Of a stretch of DNA of 39,070 nucleotides, positions 1-11,678 are shown one piece after another. Within the stretch, counting starts at the first letter, position 1. Each line of letters begins with the position of its first letter. Made by a program: the position numbers and the translations under genes. Source of the stretch: Perkinsus olseni (taxonomy: Eukaryota); assembly GCA_013115125.1 (NCBI GenBank), contig JABANN010000326.1:1-39070 (forward strand). Direction: 5' to 3'. The notes beneath the pieces are model-generated. The model was not told the DNA's origin. It did no database searches and saw only the letters and a list, made by a program, of their open reading frames with translations.

Positions 1-883
1 CCCCTCGTTGCCGCTATCGGCTCAGTTGCCCAACACAACACCCCTACTGATGTAAGAGACTCTAAAATGGCTAATGACCGGTGGGGGTCGAAAGACGTCG
101 ATTGGAAGAGCGTGCTGAGACCCACCGGTGGTTCCTCAGGATTACCCGCCGCCTGACGAAAACGCCAACTTCGACGCGAAGAACGACGCTGCCTACTGTA
201 GTTTTAATAACAAACGTATTGACGAGATAAGCCAATCAAAGCTGCTTCACATCGACGTTAACAGCAGCAGAATACATATGCGGAGAATCCATTGCCCCAA
301 GGGAGGGAAGCATGAAATCCTCCAGATAGGGTGAGGGGTTTCCTCCAGCAGTCCGCGTTACCCGACCTCTGCTTTTTGCAGTTTCTTCGATGAGAACGCT
401 CTCACCTGGTATTCCCGAGGTCACGACGTATTCCCAGACAGACGTATCTTCACTTTTGACGCCCTTCCCGGAAGCTTCCCACCCGAGAACACTGGTTTGG
501 ATCCGTTCAGGCACCTCAACGCCTCGACGCTTGCTGATGCTATCACCGAACTGTCCTCAGCCATCGTGAGGGCTTTGGGACGCACTAAACTGTATGAACA
601 CCCGAACTTGCGGGACAATACCGAAGCTGGACAATCTGCGAGAGGAAAACTCGCTCAGTTGTGTGCAGACGCGGTGACAATTATATCTCAGGAATTTGGT
701 AGTTTTGATGAATTGTGTGACTCGTCCCAAAAAGTCGGAGAGGGAACCCTTCATGCTGCTATAAACTCGGTGTGGCACTCTAGAGTAGAAAGAGCCAAGA
801 CACTCACCTTGACTAAATTAACGCCGCCACATAGACAGTTGGGGAAGATTATACCTCATGCTGTTCAACCGGTGAAGCATTAG
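1..883 (+). CDS. Secreted family A, copy 1 (apparently intact; 5' end lies outside the window); unknown function
   Basis: Exons <1-51 (PLVAAIGSVAQHNTPTD|gtaag), 140-330 (cag|DYPPPD...CPKGGKHEILQIG|gtgagg) and 382-883 (tttttgcag|FFDENALTWY...NTGLDPFRHL...EFGSFDELCD...AAINSVWHSR) join in frame. Intron positions and phases match the paralogue at 12910-13836. Confidence 0.75.
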
Positions 884-1508
884 AGTGGTTGACACTACTG
901 AGACATCTGTCGGTATTACTGATTTCCTGCCCGTCTAAGACTTGTAGAGGTCGAGGACAAAGGAGGTTGGAGAGGATATTCGGTGATGTTCCATAATAAT
1001 GTCGTAGATGTTGCGTGCAGCTACCCGAATGTTGCGTTGTCGAGTGCGAATGAGCGAATCTTATGCACGATGAAAGCGCTGCGTATTTGCCGGTTGTGCT
1101 GTCTTCTCGGCACTTCAGAACGAAAAGCTGCCATCTTTCTTCTGGCGGGCCTCGTGAACTGTTGCGTCCACTCGCCTGAATGCTGCCGAGGGTGAACCCC
1201 TTGAAGCAATCTTAGCCACAGTAGCTCTCATCATCAGCTTTGAACTTGGATTTTGCATCATGATAGGCGAAACGGCCAGCCTACAACAGTCGGACGTCAG
1301 AATCCGTCACTACAGCGAAATAGAATCTACTACCAGCGAAATTCATTTCCGCATTTCGTCGGAATTGAACTTACTTCGGGTGTGCCGGCGAAATTGATCT
1401 TACTGATCGCGAAGTAGGCATTTGAAAGGTGTATAAAATCTATTGAATACCTTGCTTGACTCGACTATCTTTTTGTGTAACGGTATTTCAGCCCTTCGTC
1501 GTTCCCAG

Positions 1509-2189
1509 GGCTACCTTTTACAAGATGGCGGGTCAGGCATCTCTCTCGAGGAAAACTCCGACACTTCCGTCACATATCGGACGTTTTGGGGAGGTGCTGG
1601 GCCGGTGGAGGGGGGTATCGGGGTGCGCATCGTGACGTCAAGGCTTCAAACAGCATGGGTTCGCTGCCCAGCGACCGGCAATCGGACCGCATTCTTGGCG
1701 AAGTAAGAGGGAGAAGATATCATTATCATCCTCACTCCCTGTCATTTTCAAGTTACTGCGTCACCTGCGGACGGCTGTATCGTTATTCGACCGGTGATGC
1801 TCGAGCCCTCCGCCTGCCTCTGTACAGTTTTCGTGATAAACGCACTTCTCACAACACTGGCCGAGATCCCCTTAGGGCGTTGAGGTACTCGGCTATAAGC
1901 AGTAAGATTGATAACCTATACTCGGGCTGGTTTCGATAATACTACTCTCAATGAGTATGACCCAGGGGCTCCTCAGACGGAAGCTAGACGATTCGCGATT
2001 AGTAAACTCAAGGGGACGCGCTCGGTTGTGCTGAAGGTTGTTGAGAAAAGATACCCAACTTTCGGAGGACTGTGCACTAGGTTCTACAATGAGACCCAAG
2101 GAGCCGTTGACGCAGCTGAAAGGGAAGACTGGGAGTTCAGGCATCTCACTCCCGATCACGTCGACATAGCTCCTCGTGAGTGGCACTGA
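1509..2189 (+). pseudogene. Family A, copy 2: exons 2-3 only, frameshifted
   Basis: Exon 1509-1702 (cccag|GYLLQDGG...VRCPATGNRTAFLA|gtaag), intron 1703-1752, exon 1753-2189. NTGRDPLRALRY and TFGGLCTRFYNETQGAVDAAEREDW lie in different frames, with the shift near 1925-1940. No signal exon is recognisable between 884 and 1508. Confidence 0.7.
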
Positions 2190-2371
2190 GAAGGAAACTC
2201 ACCGGATGTTTCATGAATTCAACTTTTTCATTTATCAATTTCCTTCATCACCATTCCATGAACGCTGGGTAAGACAGCCGGCAAAAAATGACGTTGATGA
2301 TGATATTGTTGAGAGGGAGCACGGAGCTACTGCGTTCGCATCTGTCACGGTGAGGGGAAACCTATAAATAT

Positions 2372-2445
2372 GCTGTATCGAGGAATCGAACCGGAGTCGC
2401 TCGATGAGCGGCCAAGAGGCCTAACCCGTTGAGCTAAGCAAAGGC
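2372..2445 (-). other. Degenerate tRNA-like sequence (tRNA pseudogene or tRNA-derived SINE head)
   Basis: The minus strand carries A-box-like TAGCTCAACGGGTTAG and B-box GGTTCGATTCC at tRNA spacing, but the acceptor and anticodon stems pair poorly. Confidence 0.45.
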
Positions 2446-3206
2446 TGACGGTGCACGGCAGCTCGAATGGGGAATCTTCGTCTTCTCTCTACTCCCGGTA
2501 ATTCCAGTGCGGTATGCTGATGAAAGCATATCCCGCTCGCACCCGAAAGATTTGTTGATTGTGTGAAACGGCTGTCCCTTGATCATGTACAGTTAGACTA
2601 CTGCCTCGGCCATATCGGCTTCCATTTCCTCTGCTCTGCGCGGTATCGAGAAGTAGGTTGTGAAGGTAGTGGCGTATGATTCTCTGGGATTCTCTTTCTC
2701 CCATTCGCGTGCCTAACGCGAATTTTACATTGTAAAATGAGTTTTTCTATTTTACCAGTCGAACCTCATTTGTTAACAGTGTGAGGTTGCCATTAAAATA
2801 CCTAGTCCTTGAATTTTATCAGATTGAAACTGTCCTTAATGACGAGCAATACATGAATTAGTCATCACGTCTTCCTGCTCTAGGCTTCGACCGACTTCTT
2901 CTGCGTCTTCCTCCCTACCCGCGAACGCGTCAACGAGCGTTAGGGTGCTTAACAAAAATAGGAAGCGGCCCAAGGCGCTGCCTTGAGCCACCCCTCTTTC
3001 TATCGTTGTATTTTACCGTGGATACCGGATTTTCATGTTCCTGCTTCTGGGGCAATGGCAGTGTGGGAATCTGCGGGTCCGTATCAGCCCGGTTGTTCTA
3101 CAGCTGACAGCTGCCTCCAGGATCGTTAAATCCTGGGAACTCTCCGGAACCACCCGAACGGCCTGATAGATTGTTTGTCTCTTTTCTTTCCTTTCCCTTC
3201 ATTATT

Positions 3207-6070
3207 ATGGACCCGGCGGCCTACCCTACGGGCGTCACCGCGCCACAAAATTCGACCACTACGGTGCTCTCCCCTGAACAACATTGGTATATTCTAGCTG
3301 ACCATTTGGTCGGAGATGTCTCCCACTGGCTGGACGACCAAAACCAGATCGTACTGTCCATCGCTGTTTGCTTCATCGGGCTATGGATAATGGTCCTCGG
3401 AGAAAGTAATATCGGGTTTGTGAAATTTTTTTAGTAATATTTCGCTGAAAACGGCGGCTGAAGTCAATTCTGCTTTTTATGGTATGATTCCTAGTTGAAA
3501 AACGCTGCCAGGGCGATTCGATCCTGGGGCCTCTGAGGTCTCTACTGAATACTGGAATTTCAATTCGGTATGGTAGAAGAAATTAAGGAAAAAGTCGGGT
3601 ATTTTTTGGCCGCTAGTATTTCCTGGCGCGGCGGTAAGCGCTGTTAAAGAGTGGTAGTCATTTCTTCTTGCAGTAACGCTACAGTTGGCCTGGCTGGCGG
3701 TGGGCGCCCTGTCTGGATTTTATGTATGGTATCTTCCCGTCACCGAGTGGTACCTCCCAAGCTTGGCCACTCCCGAAGCGTTCCGGATAATAACGGCCGT
3801 TGTTTGCGGTGGCCTTGGCGGATGGATCGCATATTTGTTCAGACTGGGCGCTCTGTAATACGATGAGGGGAAGGGGCGGTATTATTCTCTCTGAAAGCGG
3901 TAGAATTGTCGTGAATTTTACTTTCTCATGAACAGTTTAGTTCGATTTACGGTGAAAAATATTGCGAAAAAATCTGCATATCTGCAAAAATTTAATTATT
4001 CCAGCCACTTCAGTTTTCTAAAGTGACAGACGCTGTGCTGCTCCCGAGTGGGTGCTCTTCATCGGTCTGAAGGAATTTTTCCAACCGACTGTTTTATAGC
4101 AATTCTCGTCCGCTCTTCAAAATGCCATAAAGGAGAAGCATCGTGTGAAACGGTTATAGCAAAGTCGAGGTATTTCATCTACTTTAGTTGTCTCTGTAGT
4201 CCTCGAGGGTATCGTCAACGTTAAGCTGCTCTTGAATGGGCGATTCTTATCAGCCTGAAAGTCGTCTCGCCGCTCCAGTTTGCCTGGCCGCTCAGGTGGT
4301 GATTTCGTTGAAAAAGAGTTTTTTTCCAATCCCGTCGTCCTGTATTCCCCTCTTTTCAAGCTTGGATTTGCAATAGGTTTTAGTATTATTTTTCGGTTTT
4401 TTTCGGATTTTTTTGGAGCGGGAACGACCGAAAATTTTGGTACCCCATTTCACTTGTATCATTGATCGTGTCGTTGAGACCTCCGGAAATTCGCGGTTTC
4501 GCTTGAACTGGCATATGGGATACCGTTTTCCCTCTTCTGTCTTGGTCTAGCCAAGCTCGGCATCTTCACCTGCGTCGCAACCACGTCTGCTGTAGCGAAA
4601 ATCGGCCGCCTCGAAATCGATCAATGACTTGTATGTTACTCGTAAAATGCGAGGTTGGGATGATGGCCTTCGGAGCGGGGGGAGAAATTTCCTTCGGAAT
4701 TTTCTGTGCCCGATCTGTAATTCAGTGTCCTCTTGCAATCTGAAAAAATCGTGGAATTCGCATCCCGGGAGCGGCTGCAGAGAGAAGTAAATGCGCCCTT
4801 CGGTGGGATACCGAGACGAATCTTAGGTTGAAGCTAGTCCTAGACGAAGAGAACCTCGAGTTGAGCCGTCACGCGTGGCTGTGAGATTTTTGAGCTCCTC
4901 CTGTCGCAAAGGCTGATCGTTGGCTAACGGATTATGGTTTGGTCCGTGCTTTGTCTTGATTAATTTCCATTTTCAGCATGTGGAATCGCGATTTTTTGGT
5001 AACTTTTTCGCCTGAATTTCGCCTTTCAAGAAATAATTTGTGCCGGGATCGAACCTGGGTGGTTAGGTGGTTGAAAAGTTACCTCCAGTATTTCAGGTTC
5101 ATCGTGAATCTTCTCTTCATCGCTCCGCTCACGTTCCTCATTCTTACAGCCTTCATCGACTTATCCCCCTCGCAAGATTGGCTTCAAGTGAGAATCTTTC
5201 TTACAAAATCGGCGGAGCGAAGCGAAAAATTTTTTGTGTTCAGATCCGCCTTGTATTGTCTCTCCTCTTTGGGACGATCGTGAGTGCAGGAGTAGTCAAG
5301 GGGCGGAAAATCGTACGTATTTTGTGGCGCGTGACGAATTTTGTGGCGCGTGACGGGTTGTGTCTACCTCAGGGCCTTCGTGTTATATGTGTACTGAGCG
5401 GCTCCTTTCTAGTAGCGACGACGGCGGGTTTCCTCGCGGAAGAAATTGAGGATACAAATTATGGTAAGAAAACTGGAATTTCGTGGAATTTCCCGGAATT
5501 TTCGGGAAAATTTTTGGAATTTTTTTGGCCGTCTGCCTCGAGTCCTCCTCGGCAAAGGAACAGGTTGCTAACGCCCGCTCATTTTTGAGAAATCTATTCC
5601 GAAAGCGGATTTTTCTTCCCGATTTTCAATGAGTTTCCCCTTTTTTCAGAGGATAGTCAACCTATTTTATGGCGCGGGTGCGTTGAGAGCTGCCTTGTGG
5701 ACGCCCCGGAAGTGCTGTCGAACCCGTCCGACGCTGATGTGAGCTGTTTGACGTTTTTTATGGTATGGACGGTGTTGGCGATATCAACGTAATATGCCGG
5801 GATCGAACCGGGGACCTTGTGATTACCGGCTTTTTGTTAGGTTGCTATTCCAGTTCATCACGCAAACGTCCATTTGTTGTGCGGCGAAAAATCGGGCAGA
5901 GCAACGCGTGCAAAACCCGACGACTCTATCAAGGCCGTTATTGAGTTCACGGTAATCGATCAAAATGGCGTAGCGAGATGTGCAAACGTCTACTATTTTG
6001 CAGGACACCCCAGCAGCGTCGAAGCTCCAAGCCGAAATGGGTACCTCAGTGTTGTGTGGAATTCTGGTAG
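3207..6070 (+). CDS. 7-TM membrane protein, DUF4203 / TM7S3-TMEM198-like
   Basis: Exons 3207-3405, 3674-3854, 5097-5187, 5244-5312, 5373-5463, 5650-5788, 5841-5951 and 6004-6070 join in frame via GT-AG introns. There are seven hydrophobic segments (IAVCFIGLWIMVLG; LAWLAVGALSGF; ITAVVCGGLGGW; FIVNLLFIAP; LVLSLLFGTIV; VICVLSGSFLV; FMVWTVLAISTLLFQ). Family call is by pattern only. The gene could instead stop at 5955. Confidence 0.65.
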
Positions 6071-7095
6071 TATACGGATATAACCGTTGTGATGAAATGG
6101 GTAAAAAATTCCGGTCCAAATCGTTCATACCGGATGCCCGACGAAATTGCGTACGAGCAAGGCTGCGTAGAGGATTCTCGTCGTCGTTGATGATGATCCG
6201 GTCGAACCTTCGGCCTGGCGAGATGCGCTCGTCTCAAAGATTTTCACTGCATATGGCGACTCGCCATTCTAGTATCAATAGGAGATGATTTCTGTGAGTT
6301 GTCGAATTTGATTGGGAGAAAATTAATTTTTCACGAGACGGTTCAATTGCTTCTAGCGTCGTCAAGAACCTCTTCCGCAATTTCTGGAACGAACAGTTTT
6401 GGGCGAAAAATTCCGAAAGTGTGAATTATTTTCCCATTAGGTATTCGCTACGTTTTTGCGGGCTTCGCGTTATTCCGACGTGCTTCTACACGATTTACTA
6501 CGCTTGCGGTGGATGCCTCCGAGTTTGCGCCTGTCTGGACTCAACGCGGACGAATATTGGGTAGTATCTTTCGGGAAGTGGAAAAATTGGTGGAAATTCT
6601 GGAATTTTCTGCGCTTTTTTCGTGGAAAATTAGATTTTTTTATTCTGCTCAAGAGTGGATTTTTCGCTGAAATTTCATGAAAAAAATTCGCCTCTAGCAT
6701 ATTTTTCCGGCGGCGTGTAACGCTGTGGTGAAACGGTTGATCGATTATTTTTGTTCAGATCCACCCAAAGATTGTCGAATTCAATTCCTCCGCCTGCGCC
6801 GCAAAATTCCCGTAATCGTAATAGTAATGCAGTTCCGAGCGCCCCGTCATTTGGCGAAGCGAAACCGTCGTATGATATTGAAGAAGGAAAGGAAAAGAAG
6901 AGTTAATTTATTTGTGCAATAGTATTGGTAATATTGCAGTAAAAATGACAGATGCCGGGATTGAACCGGACACCTCGAATAAGAGCGTTTCTTTTGATGA
7001 TTCTGTGGTGTTTTAAGTGCAGAGAAGAGAACCAGCACGGCGGAATTTTGTGGCGCGCGAAATATCATTTTTCAGTACCAATATCACTTTTTTAA

Positions 7096-8871
7096 ATGGC
7101 CGCATCAATTTGTTACCCAACATGTCTGGACTTGGCGGAAATGTTCTTTTCGCATCCGAGAGGATCATCAGCACGGACATCATCGGTAATAATAATCGAT
7201 CAGGTGATCGATTTGTGCAATCTGAAGGTTTTCCGCTGAAATTTCGCAAGATACTCCTTTTTTACGGATGGGGAAAATTGTTCGATAATTTTCCCCTCAA
7301 ATCTGAGACCCAGTAGGATAGGAAAATTCTGAAAGATTGCGATTCTCGGAAAAATTCGGCGAAAGCTCTGAGCTACCATTGATTCCGAAAAATTTAGGAT
7401 TTTTCGGGAAAATTTTCTCTGATTTTTCTTTTTCTTAGGATCGTTCCGTAATTTCCGCTCTACACAGTGCCGGCGGTCCGAGTGGCATCAGAATTTCGGG
7501 GTATCTTTATAAACAGTCAAAATTCATAAAAAGATTCCGGCGAAGATACTGTGTAAGAAAAAATGATCGATTTTGTTTCGCTCCGCTATCTTGTCGATAA
7601 TAGTGCCTGATTGGTGACAAGCTCTTCACGTTCAAGCGACCCGAAGATTTGGCGAGAGGATGGTATACTGAGGTAGGACTTGAGGAAATGCAAGATGAGC
7701 AAGATTTGTGATCAGGTGTTGGAGTTGGAGAGCGCCGATTATCTGGTTGAATGGGATGTTGTTCCTAACATTCATAATGTGAAACAAATTGAAGGAAAGT
7801 AGGAAGTCGCCAATCGTGCCGGTGATTAACCTGTTTTGTATCTTACCTGGTTCGACCTTAGATACGCCTTTGAAATTGGCACTGATGCCGAAACGCCGGC
7901 GCGGAGAGAGTGGATGTTCGCTGTTGATACTGATGTGGAGCGAAGAAGATGGGTTCACACCCTAGGGAGCTTCTGCAAGTAACCAAATCGATCGCGCGAT
8001 CGATCATAAACTTGACTAATTTCGCTTTCACGAATCTACTCGTCGGTATTAATAATAATTTTTCGATCTATTTTTTAAAAATTATTTTTACTCCTCATTT
8101 CCTCGATTTTCCAGACATTTTTGGGAAAAATTTTTTCCGCATAAAAATTTCCCAAAATTTTACATAAATGTTAATCATAGAATATTCTTTCAGGCAAGTA
8201 TGGCGACCGGATGAAACGGGTTTAGAAGGCCAGCTGAGAATCTTGAGGGTGAAGTCCACCAAAGATACGCCACAAAAAACGTATCTTATGCATAGTGATG
8301 GCAGAGCCCCGATAATAGGAGACGGCGATAACTGTAATATCGGAGAGGGAAAATTAGTCAAGATTTTTTTTTATTTCGGCCGATTTTTTGCCGAAATTTT
8401 CCTCTGTTTTTTGGTGCTTCTCCGGAGGAGTGTGAAGCCTAGCTACTTTTTTCTTTGGACCGTACTTTCTCGAGGGGAATCAGCTTTGCACGCATGCACA
8501 AGACGATCGGCGCTAAAGTATCACCAGTTCTCGACATTTTTTTCCTCAGCTGAAAACGGTTTCTCCCTGCCATCGCGTTCAACTGTGGCCAGCGAATCTT
8601 TGGATGAGCGCACAGCGAAGAATTGTCAAGATTCCACCGCCAACGATAAAATTATCGACCTCACTTGCCTAGCAGATCAGAACCATACTTGCAGTATATG
8701 CTTCAAAGATCTGGAGAACGAGAAAGTAAGTAGCGCGCGCCCTGGCGATCGATTTGTATTTTTCCTTCGCAGGTATGGGAGCTGACTTGTGGACATTATT
8801 TCTGTTTGGATTGTATCAAGGAATGGTCGAAGTTCAAGCGCACCTGCCCTGTATGCCGAGAAGTATTCTAA
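7096..8871 (+). CDS. PH-domain protein, probably joined to a C-terminal C3HC4 RING finger (putative E3 ligase)
   Basis: Spliced exons from 7439 to 7978 give ISGYLYKQSKFIKRFRRRYC|CLIGDKLFTFKRPED...|KYAFEIG...REWMFAVDTDVERRRWVHTL, a canonical PH pattern. Exons 8550-8725 and 8773-8871 give CSIC...CGHYFCLDC...CPVCREVF*. Exon 8194-8333 is phase-compatible with both. The start codon and the PH-RING fusion are inferred. Confidence 0.75.
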
Positions 8872-9251
8872 ATCGATCACCGGGGCGCGCGCTTTTCGCA
8901 TCGATTTCCAAGCGGGGTTGTTATTGGACGGGGGTCCATTTTCATTGTGTATTTTTTTATGATTGAAACTGTAGTATATGTGATTGGGTCCCGTCACTGC
9001 GCCACGAAATTGGACTCTATATTATCACTATTACTCTGATGAAAGTTGCATGGTTGGCAGATAATTTTGTGGCGCAGGCGGAGCGAAGCGATTCGTTTCC
9101 CCCTCATTTTTGGGAAGTGTTCAAAATTTCGACCCAAGCCGGTCGGCGGGTGGTCCGATCGATTAATTGGGATTTCGGAAGATACTCCGAGTTGAGTTGA
9201 AGTATCTTTGCAGGCGGAGCGAAGCGATTTTTCTTTTCCAGTTGTTTTACG

Positions 9252-10731
9252 ATGTCGTCATCACCTCCGAATAGAGGGGCCGATCAAGACGCGATCGATG
9301 AATCGATTTCGTCGTTGCGAATCAATTTGGATGTCATCAATGAGGCCATGCGGCAACCAGCCACCTCGGAGAGCGTCGATGTTGTTAGCAGTTTGATGTT
9401 AGAAGTAATAATGAGAGAATTTTTTGGCAAAAGACGGAATTTTCCACTGAATTTTTCGGACTTTCGACGGAAAATTTCCGGATTTCATTTAGTGGTGAAA
9501 ATGGCCATCAGGGGGCGTGAAGAATTCCTGAGAAAATTGTTCCTGAGAGATGACGTTATCGAAGAATTCAAAATTACTTGTTTCTTAGAAAAAATTTTTC
9601 CGGTCTGTAATACTATGTTGTATTGTGATACACATAATGGTCACAATGGTCATTACCCATGCGTGACTGTTGAACTTCTTTCGTAATTTTTGCCCGATTT
9701 TTTCCGTTTTAGGTTCAACAAACGAAAGATCAGCTTCAGGCGGAAGCGGAGCGTCTGGTCGAGGGCGGCCAATACGGCAGTACTGATAAAATTTTTGAAG
9801 CAATTTCTGAGGTAACTTTTCGGAGCCCGTATTTTTTTAATTTCCGCGTGACGGGAATCGGGAGCTGCAGCGGACGCCACCCGAAACCTGCTAGAAATTT
9901 TGTTTCCCAGGAATTGCGTAAATTGCGGATTTTTGGAGGAATTTTTCGGTGGACACGATGAAAATTTTCCACTTATTGGTGGAAGAAATGTGTGAAAGAA
10001 ACGAGAGGTATTTCGCTCCGCAGGTTTCTCACGTCGAGTCTGAGTTTGGGGAGTGGTCGAAGGCGGTTGAAGTCGCGTCCCGTCATCCCCAACCTCATCA
10101 TGGTGACACGGCAGAGAGTCCGGCCGTGGAGAACGCTGGTGGGGAAGGTCGTGGGGTCGATTCCGGCATATGGCGTTATTTTGACAGCAAATTCACCGGC
10201 GCCCGTGGTCGAGGAACCTGCGAAAAAAGAGACCTCGTCGCAGCGGAGCGGAGCAGCGCCGGAAGGGCAAACTGGCGAAGTAGGAACTCGGTAATTTCGT
10301 GGCGCGCGGGATAGTTTCCTTTGTTCAGGTCAATGCGCCACAAAGTTCCGGTGAAGCGAAGATTTCCGAGAAACCAAAAGATTCTGCCGGGGAAAATACT
10401 CAACAAGTTTTCTGGCCGGCCGCCGTAGCGACTCGCGGTAGAAGTCGTAGAGGAGCTCGTGGGGCTGCTAAGAGGGGTAAATCTCGGGATAGAAGGTAAT
10501 GAAAAGAGCGCGCGCCCTGGTGATCGATATGAACTTAGACATAAGGGCGGAAGAGACCAGGCCAAAGAGACTGGTGAAGCGGCTCCTGCGGTTTCCCAGC
10601 CAGAGGATCTTGGCTGGCCGACCGCGAAAATTGTAAGTTATTTCCGATGTTCTTCAAAGACAAAATTTACTTCAGACGACCAGTCCAGCAGCGAGTGCGC
10701 AAGAGGCCATAGCAGCGGTAAGGATAACTGA
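9252..10731 (+). CDS. Multi-exon hypothetical protein (helical N-terminus, low-complexity C-terminus)
   Basis: Coding-like blocks (MSSSPPNRGADQDAIDESISSLRINLD; VQQTKDQLQAEAERLVEGG; VSHVESEFGEWSKAVE; ANSPAPVVEEPAKKE) are separated by GT-AG A/T-tract introns. The exon chain is not fully resolved. Confidence 0.5.
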
Positions 10732-11035
10732 ACGCGCTCGCCCTGATGATCGATTTCGTTCAGTGGGACGCTTTTGCTGCACCTGATCTTGCGAACACTA
10801 CCTCTAAACCGGATGACATGAAGAATGATTCCGCAGCGAACCAGAGCCGGAAAGGAAGTAAGGCGACCAAAATCGATCATCCGATCGATTTCTTTCCCTT
10901 GGAGTAATTCCTTCACTTCCGTCTTCTCTTCGTTCTGTTCCTATTATATTCTGTCATGTATCCAGACTCTCGAACGAGGTAGTTGCTTCTTTTTTCGCAT
11001 CATCCGCAATTCTCAACGCGGCTTTCATTTAGCCG

Positions 11036-11678
11036 ATGCTCAGTGTTCGACTGAGTATGATGATTGACACTGGTACTCTCCAGCTGCGAAATATCGTAAA
11101 ATCGCGGAAAATTTGCGAAAAAAATCATCAATATATTTGCCAGGAGCCAAATATGTTTTTTCTCTCAGGTGTAGCGGTGTCATCGGCGTTGGGCGTGTGG
11201 GGTACGGACCAGCAAAAGAATATGACCGACTCACCACCGTCTCCTCCGACGTTGCCGATCCCGTCTAAACAGAATTCATCCAGCTCGGTTGATGCGCCTC
11301 CCAGCGTCCAGGCGGCGACACCGGTCGAAGAGGACAGACCCAAGCCTGGTGAGTTTGAGCTGAAAGGAAATCTTCGCCGTGCGGAAATCAAAGATACTCG
11401 ATCAGACGGGGTTGTGAACTCAGCGGCCCCTCCGGTTGTAACCTCGCCCGCATCATCGGCGTCGGGGAGAATGAAGATCTCGCTGAGCTGGGATGATGTT
11501 AAAGATATGTACGGCTCTGACAAAGAGAAGGCGAAGAAAGCGATACAAGACCAGTTTGTTCAGGTGGGTATCTTACAATCTTGCGACATCTTGAATTTCC
11601 TCAATTTTCTTTTAGGCAGTATCGTCGTCGCTTCACATAGATCCGTCAAGAGTTCGGGTTAAGAATGTTGCTGTATAG
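11036..11678 (+). CDS. Small Pro/Ser-rich protein with a compact C-terminal domain; possible signal peptide
   Basis: Exons 11036-11072, 11169-11348, 11406-11563 and 11616-11678 join in frame, ending KISLSWDDVKDMYGSDKEKAKKAIQDQFVQ|AVSSSLHIDPSRVRVKNVAV*. Confidence 0.55.

Noticed and set aside
2372-2445. Functional tRNA gene
   Set aside because: A and B boxes are present, but the acceptor and anticodon stems do not pair.
6100-7000. Additional gene between the 7-TM and PH genes
   Set aside because: Exon-like blocks exist, but I could not build a consistent frame on either strand.
7632-7958. Minus-strand Leu-rich ORF as a gene
   Set aside because: It is antisense to well-supported PH-domain exons.
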